A DNA stretch of 53,854 nt, counting the filler, from Sphacelaria rigidula (Eukaryota): NCBI GenBank assembly GCA_964200075.2. It is 5 parts of 5 records of this genome, joined end to end, with 100 filler letters (N's around TTAATTAATTAA, not from the genome) between each part and the next. Parts side by side here need not be neighbours in the genome. Positions count along the whole stretch, not along the records: positions 43,166 to 53,854 come from CAXNAA020006074.1; 4 more parts are not named here. One strand, 5' to 3'. Within the stretch, counting starts at the first letter, position 1. Each line of letters begins with the position of its first letter. The notes beneath the pieces are model-generated. The model was given only the letters and a program-made list of their open reading frames with translations, made no database searches and was not told the origin of the DNA. The position numbers and the translations under genes were made by a program. Positions 46,801-53,854 of this stretch are shown piece after piece.

Positions 46801-47993
46801 CTGGGACTGGAGGTTGTTCGTGATCGCGTTATGAAAACAGTTACCATCAGCCAGAAAATGTACACCAAGTCCCTCCTGGAACGATACGGGATGGCGAATT
46901 GCAACCCAGCATACACTCCTGGTGTGGGACAAGAACTGTCACTGGACCAGCCGAGGGAGAAAGCTTTGAACGAGGGGGACAAAAAGCGTTTCCAGGCCAT
47001 TACGGGCAGTGTGGTGTATCTCGCTCACATGACACGCTACGACATTGGATACGCCGTGAATCAACTGGCGCGGTGTAATGCGTGAGAGGACCGCGTGCTT
47101 AGAGGACCGCGCCGTAGTTCAAAATACCTCAGGATCGACGTTTTTCAAAACCAGTCGAGTCAGTCCTTGCAGGTACCACGCCCTGACCCTAACCCCAACA
47201 CTAACCCTGATCATAGGGGTGTTCAAATTCCGATGCGGTCTTCTAAGCACGCGGTCCTCTCACGCATCACAGCGGGCGATGTCCAACCCGTCGAAGGCGT
47301 ATATGGTAGCTGCAAAACACTTACTTCGATATTTGGCCGGCACTACAGATCATGTCATAACAAACAACCAGGACGGTTTCCAACTGACGGCGTTCTCATA
47401 TGCGAACTGGGGTAACAACCCAGACAATGGGAAAACCACATCATCTTATCTTATCTTTCTCACGAATGGCCCCATCAGTTTTAAGGTAGGACTACAAGGA
47501 CTCACCGCGCAATTGACGATGGAAGCAAAACTCGTGGCCGCTACACTCACCATAAAGGAAGGCATATTTTGCTCGAATATGATGCGGGAGGTGGGATTTG
47601 GCACACGTTTCGACTCCGTTCCTGTCTACATCGACAACACTTCAACTCTCCACGTCGTAGGCAACCGAACTTACAGCTCGAGAGTCAAGCACGTAGCTCT
47701 ACGGCACTTCTTCATTCAGGAATTATCCAAGGAGGGAAGGATCGACATTCGTTACGTCAAGACCGAAGACCAACTCACATAGGGACCAAATACCTCAGCA
47801 GACACAGGCACCGCCATCTCGTCAAGCTGATCAACGCATTCAAAATATGAGTGCAGCCTGGTTGTAGCTTTGAGTTCTTATTTCGTCCTTGAGTGCTGGG
47901 ACGGTTGTACTGATATCGGTGTTTGAAACTAGTACGTATATGCATTAAGGGTGAGTGTGAAGGGTTAAGAGTTATACTTGCGTTGAGGGGGAG
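43830..47993 (+). mobile_element. Decayed Ty1/Copia LTR retrotransposon pol region (PR-INT-RT-RH)
   Basis: Protease VNSGASGHY (catalytic D replaced by N). Pre-integrase LWHRRMGH..CDIC. Integrase TDL..DEYTR..RADKGGEF..PQQIGLSER. RT LDYNTAFLN and YVDDVLL. RNase H ANWGN...KHVALRHFFIQE. Polypurine tract GAGGGGGAG at 47985-47993. Several stops and frameshifts. Confidence 0.95.
47074..47271 (+). mobile_element. 198-bp TGT..ACA MITE (Ginger-like) inserted in the Copia RT
   Basis: ~37-bp TIR TGTAATGCGTGAGAGGACCGCGTGCTTAGAGGACCGC. 4-bp TSD GCGG. Removing the element and one TSD restores NQLAR-AMSNP. Confidence 0.92.
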
Positions 47994-48195
47994 TATTGGA
48001 AAATGAGGCTGTGGAGCCATGCTCTTCAACGCTTCGTATGGTATTGACTTTATATATAGTGTTGGGATCGCAGGTACCGGTCACGAAGGTTTGGTCTGAT
48101 GTGGGGGCGTATAATGTGGGATAGCAGCTGTTATAAATGAGGCACTCTTCTCTTTGACCGTGTAACCCGGTGGTTTGTTGTATTGTCTTGCCCAC
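47994..48195 (+). repeat. Probable 3' LTR of the Copia element; right end uncertain
   Basis: Begins TATTGG (TGTTGG-like) directly after the polypurine tract. TATA-like TATATATA near 48051. No 5' LTR was found for comparison. Confidence 0.45.
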
Positions 48196-49969
48196 AAGCG
48201 GCACCTTGAACACTATCTTCTGTCTACACTCCGAAGCAGCCTGTCTGCTTGGTTGGTTTAACCGTCATTACGCCAGCTCTAGCGAACACGACAAAGGGGT
48301 CCCGAGTGAATCCTCCAACACCGGACACTACTGAGCAACGCTATTGTGAACATATGTCTGGCATATTGCGTCTCTTGGTCCGTTTTGGCGTCCAACACCC
48401 GTAGTACCGGAGACTAGAAGCTTAAACACACGAAGATACTCCGCGAAGGGGACACCCGATGCGACGGAAAAGGAACTCAGTCATTGGATGGCGCTCGCTT
48501 CGTCGCTCCGGTCGAAGTAACCACCGAGACGCCAGATCAGCGAGCAGTATTGGGCCTGTCTTTCCCTTGGAACGATGCGGATCCATTTCTGCGAGGAATC
48601 CGTCGACGATCCGTGTTAAGGAGGCAGCAATGTCGGGCGAGCGGCGGCTAATGGATCTATGCACTGAAATACTCCATACCATGGGGTCTGCCAGCCCTTT
48701 ACCCAAATGGGACCTTCAAAATGTTGGGCGCCAGTTGCGTCCGCCAACTAAAGGAAATTCCGAACTGTACGGCGAATGGATGTGATGAAGGCAGAGGTGA
48801 ATTGCCCCGAGTCTTCGTTATGTGCAGCAGCCATGGTTTTAATATGTCAAAGCTTCTTCACATACATCTGCATGTACTGTCTATGTATTGCAGCTACTCG
48901 AGCAGACTCGAATGCAGCGGGAGCTGCTCTTTTGCAGGCTTCGGAACGTTCTTTGTCCGCCGCGGCAGCTGCTAAAGACCGAACTGCAGTGGAAGACAAT
49001 GGACGGTCTGGTGTGTCCGTATCGGATAAACCCAAAATGCGACGCGAAACATCGGCCAACTGAGGTATCACTTGCCTTGGTGCCGCCGAACCCGAAGGGC
49101 GCAGGTCTGTGTCAGACCGGTTCCGAGATTTCCCGGAAGACGGGGAAAATCTGTCGTCGAGTCTCTTTCGGTTCTGGCTGCGGGGATCGCGGTCCGGGCG
49201 GTGCGGTCCGGATCCGCTCGAGGAGGATCCTCCTCCACCATGATGGTGGCGTGAGCCTCCACCACCGTTGTCATCGCCGTCCCTCCTACTGTTCTTCTCT
49301 TTCCCACGGCAGTTAGCACTAGCTGGAGTCCAACCTTCGTCATCCTGACTGTCCTCGACAACTTCGGCGTCCAGGTCCGAGTGATAAGTGGCACGTAGCG
49401 CCGCAAAACAAGCATAGATAGACGCAACATATCGCGGTTGATCTGGTCCTGCGCCGAGTCGACGACTCCGCCCCTGCCCCCAGGGCACATATTAACGTCG
49501 GCAGTTCTGCCCCGTCGCCTATTCCCCCGCTGCCTACCCCATCATGTTTGGTTGGCTCTCCAGCGGAAGATCAACTGCGCGAGTTTCTCGCCAGCTACTC
49601 ACACCGCGATTGAACTCACGAACAAAACGCGGAACCTTCATGTCGCGCAGCCATCCGGTACTTACAGCTTGACTGCCCAGTCCCTTTTCCATCCGCCCTT
49701 CTGACCCCGGTTGGCACACTGCCACCACCAGATATGTCTGACGTATACGAACTCGTGCGTAAAGGCACCATTTTTACTACGGATAAAGGCGTACAGCTAC
49801 TCATGCGTCGCCCCATGCCTTTGACGGGTGCGCTTTCCGTCTCAACCACGGCACGCCACGCACGACTACTCGATGACGAACCAACGCGCATATATTTCCC
49901 ATTATCAATGTTCCCATGTGTCGTAAAAGGCTGTCATACAGACTTGTCATGTCACCTTGGCGTCACTCG

Positions 49970-50180
49970 TGTAATGCGTAAGCGTACCGCGTGCTTAGAG
50001 GATCGCATCGGCGTTTGGATATCCATTTGATCAGGGTTAGGGTTAGGATTAGTATTGGGGGTTAGGGTCAGAGGCATGGTGCCTGCAGGGACTGGCCCGA
50101 TTGGTTTTGAAAACATTGATCCTGAGGTGTTTCGAACTACGATGCGGTCCTCCAAGTACGCGGTCCTCTCACGTATTACA
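49970..50180 (-). mobile_element. 211-bp TGT..ACA MITE, inverted copy, inserted in the Gypsy integrase zinc finger
   Basis: Same TIRs as 47074-47271. 5-bp TSD ACTCG at 49965-49969 and 50181-50185. Removal restores HLGVTRTLALLGRSYWW. Confidence 0.92.
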
Positions 50181-50996
50181 ACTCGCACCCTAGCGCTCCT
50201 GGGACGCTCCTACTGGTGGGTTGGCACGGAAATTTCCACCCGCCTCTGGATTCGGCGATGCTTCGAATGCTAAGCTCGAAAATCTTCACGACAGACAGTA
50301 CGCTGGCCCGCCATCTCTATGAGACTTCCTAACGTCCCGGGCCACCTTGTGTCCTTTAACTATTTTGGCCCTCTACCGACCACAGGTCGCGGTGACACCT
50401 ACACCTTACACTTCACTGACCGCTTCAGCCGCCACGCGTCCATGTACGCAGTAACCGCTGCAGATTTCATGGGCCGCCGGAACGGCCGATATATTAGCCC
50501 ACGACACATTAAGCACTACTGTTGCCCGAAACGACTGCTTCCAGACAATGGTCAACCATTTTTCTCAGATCTCCCTGATGAGCTTCACAAGCTCCTGAGT
50601 ATCCGCAAGATTACCACGAGCGCCGACCACCCGAACGGTAACGGTGGTATCGAACGAGTAAATCACATCATGGCCCAGATGCTCTATGGTCGTCAATGCC
50701 CATCAAAATGACTGGTACCTACATCTATCGCACATCATGTTGTCCATTAACACCTCGGTTAACGCCGCCACAGGCCTTTCCCGAACGAACTCCATCTTGG
50801 ACGTTACCCTCGGCTGCCCATCGCCGTGTTTGAGCGTCACACGTTCGATGGCCACCAAGGATTGGATCAGGATCAGATATTCTATCAAGAACTAGCGCAT
50901 TTATGACAACGCAAAGCGTTCACCCTTGTGCCCCAACAATACGCTATCAACGCCTCGCGCCTTGAGAGATCTAACACTACTCTCTACAACCCCATG

Positions 50997-51268
50997 AGTA
51001 ATGCTACGGTAGGGGTTGCACTTTTGTTTCTGCGTCTCTTTTTCGTAGGAGCCAAAACATATGGAGCTTGCTGTGCAACCCAATCTCTGGAGACCGTACA
51101 TCTAGAATCATGATGTTTGCACGCAGGGGCTTTTTCGTGAATCGGCATCATTTTCAGTCTTTTTCAAGTCAAAATGATGCCGATTCTCAAAATGACCTGT
51201 CTAACATCCCGAGGAACCCCCAGAAACGTTTTCGCTGAAAAAGCGCAACCCCTACCGTAGCATTGCTG
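50997..51268. mobile_element. MITE inserted in the Gypsy integrase C-terminal region
   Basis: TIR AATGCTACGGTAGGGGTTGC...GCAACCCCTACCGTAGCATT. Internal palindrome GAATCGGCATCATTT...AAATGATGCCGATTC. TSD unclear. Confidence 0.75.
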
Positions 51269-53854
51269 TCATTCACAAATGCCCAACTGGAAAGTTGGCG
51301 ATTGGGTGTGGATCCACAACAGTTTGCCAACCATCCGCCAAGTCACCAGTAAGGCCGCCAACGAAACAAATTTGAAGACAAAATTGTCCCTCAATTGGAC
51401 AGGACCATTCAAGGTTCTGATGGTCGAACGATCCCCACAATCACCGGATGATAAACCCGTTGGTGACAAACTGCTCGATTTCGACCTGCCTCGCGACCTC
51501 CAGGGCAAGGACACCGAACCCCGCGTCTCCGTGCACAGATAGATACAAACCCTGCACGAACCCGCATGATACAAGCGACATGCCGAAGTACTTGCATGCC
51601 GGACTTACACAGTACGTTCTCAACAGCTAAACGACCAAGTCCCCGCCCTATCATGTTACCACCCACGACGTGGCGGAACAGCCCCTCCGAGTGACCGTGT
51701 CCACTATCTCCGGCCACCAGATCACTCGTGGTCGAGGTGGCAAAATCGCTGTCATGTATAAGACCCACTGGCAAGGTCTCCGGATAGCGTCTTGGGAACG
51801 CGAATCCGACCTTCAATTGCACTGCCCTGCAATCCTCCTGTACTGGACGCCATCCCAACATCAGTATCTTGCTCACAACAAGAAATATCGCAACATACAT
51901 CGTGGTGCAGCAGCCCGCGAACTTTACCGCGATCAAGGGCTACGCTTTGTCGCCGATGGCCACGAACTTGTACCTACCAAGACTTGTTAAGCGAAGTTCT
52001 TCGCAAACCAGCGAATACTACCCAAGGGCAGTTACCTGTGGTTCAAAGGGTGCGACAACCGCTGGCGGTTGGGTCAGACCCACTCCGCTAACCTGGTTTC
52101 TGCCGACGCATACATCGTGCGCTTCATCGATGACCCCAGACCCATACAGCTCAAGCTCCGGCCAGCACTATACATCACCAGTATATCTGCACCACGCGGA
52201 TCTTGGTGTCTTCAGCTACTCAAGTCCAAAGGACTTCGCCAAGGTATCCAGCGCAACATCGACCACACCTATGATGTCCACGCACCGCTTTGAACCACGC
52301 TCCTTCACTGCAACGTCTCTTCCCTTCTTGAGTATATTTTCCCTCCATTCCTCGCTAGGTCCCGACTCTACGACACCCACAACACGACCACCTACACCGG
52401 ACGACGATCGGAGACTATGAGGAGCCACCCACCATATGAGGAGCCACCCACCATCTACGACTACTGGAGCTCTAGTATCCCATGTTTGGCTGGTGCTGGG
52501 TCTCGTTGGGTCACTGATTTTGATATTTTGTTTTCCCTTGCTTCCGACCAACATGCGCTGGTCGCACACTGATTGTGCCGTTTTCCCTTTGGAATCTCCC
52601 AGGTAAAAGTTCTGCTCCCTGTTGTACCTCCCTGGTTTCCGCCCTCGTTTTGCTGGGACACCGACGCGATTTGTGCTTCTTCGTTGATCGCTAGCACGGA
52701 TAAGCAGTTTTTGCTCCCGCTTTTCGAAGCAGTTTTTTCTGCTCTTCGAAGCAGTATGTGCTTCTGTCATGGTTCGATACTCACCGCCTAGCTGGGAATG
52801 GTGCCAGTTCAGTGGGCACCTGGGATTGCGGGCTCAAACACAATCATGAGTATCGAAGCCATTGAGCTCGACTTTATCGAGTGTAGAGTCAGTCATGTTC
52901 GCGGCGTCGCGCTGCATACTCGATGAGCCGCTCAGGCGCCAGAGCAACATCTGTTGGGTGGAGGTCAAGCTTACATTTTGTGAAGACCAGAGAATCCTCT
53001 TGAATCGCAGACCGTGATGGCGTAGATTCTCTTGTATTATTGGCGTACAGGCTAACTTGTGCTTTGCTAGTTGAGATGCATAGTCCAAAACGCTGTGACA
53101 CCAGAGGGAAAACAGCTGAAATCGACCACAAGAAGTAGTATGACCCGTCAGGTACCAAGCATGACAAAGTATGACACATGAAACGTAGTCGACTGGAAAA
53201 TGACCAATAAATCTGTAAAATCCCCCTAGCCTTATTTATATGGCTAAACACAAAATTATTGGAGAGCTGGAAGGGCCAGAACAAAACCAAAGCCTGTGCA
53301 TCATACGCCTGAAAGTAAAACGAGAAAAACCTGCTGAATTACAGTACAGGGGAAAACTCGTTGCAGATCTAATGAATAGGTAAACCCTGATAAGCAGGGG
53401 GAAACTTCATCCGTTAGGAAAGGAAAAAATCTCTAACGCCCTTTCCAACGACAGAAACAGCAGACAAGTACGGTCGCTGTCGTTTTCCCGGGATCCCAGT
53501 TAGACTGGAGAACGATCGGCTAATTAGCTTGATCGCGCGTCGACACCCCGGAACAGTTACACTGGATTCTGGGGTAGTGCGGGGCTTGAACCTCGCTAAA
53601 ACAACCTTTCCACGAGCTGATCAATAGTTACAGGAGTGCAGCTTCTGAGGGTGCTCTTCTGTAACTACTGACACCTATTCTACTGGAAATAGAGCCCACG
53701 CGCCTTGGCTCACACATGTGCCCGTATGTTACCAAATGGGGAACAATCAATAACAAGGCGACAAAAGAAAAAGACAACAAACAACAAATTGTGCGAATTG
53801 AGGTTTAACTCCGAGATGAGGTTCAAGCCTAAAACAGTGCTTTCCCCACACTTT

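Larger units (their letters stand above)
49490..52292 (+). mobile_element. Decayed Ty3/Gypsy 3' pol region: integrase plus chromodomain
   Basis: HHCC motif CH...HLGVTRTL...YWW...C..C. Core motifs FGPLP, FTDRFS, PDNG and HPNGNGGIERVN. GPY/F motif WTGPFKV. Chromodomain-like ISGHQ...YKTHWQG...SWERESDL. Many stops. Confidence 0.9.

Overview
Eukaryotic DNA, most likely from a brown alga (Phaeophyceae). This is inferred from the EsV-1-7 repeat genes, GC-rich exons in long transposon-filled introns and a 5S-like fragment. The window is not one locus. It is five contigs of about 10.69 kb (1-10695, 10796-21487, 21588-32276, 32377-43065, 43166-53854), joined by artificial 100-nt linkers (44 N + TTAATTAATTAA + 44 N) and apparently sorted by length. 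Contig 1 has two exons of a DUF676/FAM135-like alpha/beta-hydrolase gene, a nested hAT-type element in the intron and a decayed RTE-like LINE. Contig 2 has the 5' part of an EsV-1-7 repeat gene plus MITE clusters. Contig 3 has an intronless EsV-1-7 gene with 18 tandem 38-aa C-x4-C-x16-C-x2-H repeats whose variation concentrates at one position. Contig 4 has seven exons of a YTH-domain gene, which I spliced by hand; the domain is split by about 345 aa of low-complexity sequence and lacks one m6A-cage Trp. Contig 5 has decayed Copia and chromodomain-bearing Gypsy elements, each interrupted by a ~200-bp TGT..ACA MITE with telomere-like repeats. The best candidates for new biology are a possible TALE/zinc-finger-like recognition code in the EsV-1-7 arrays, the remodelled YTH protein and the Ginger-like MITE.
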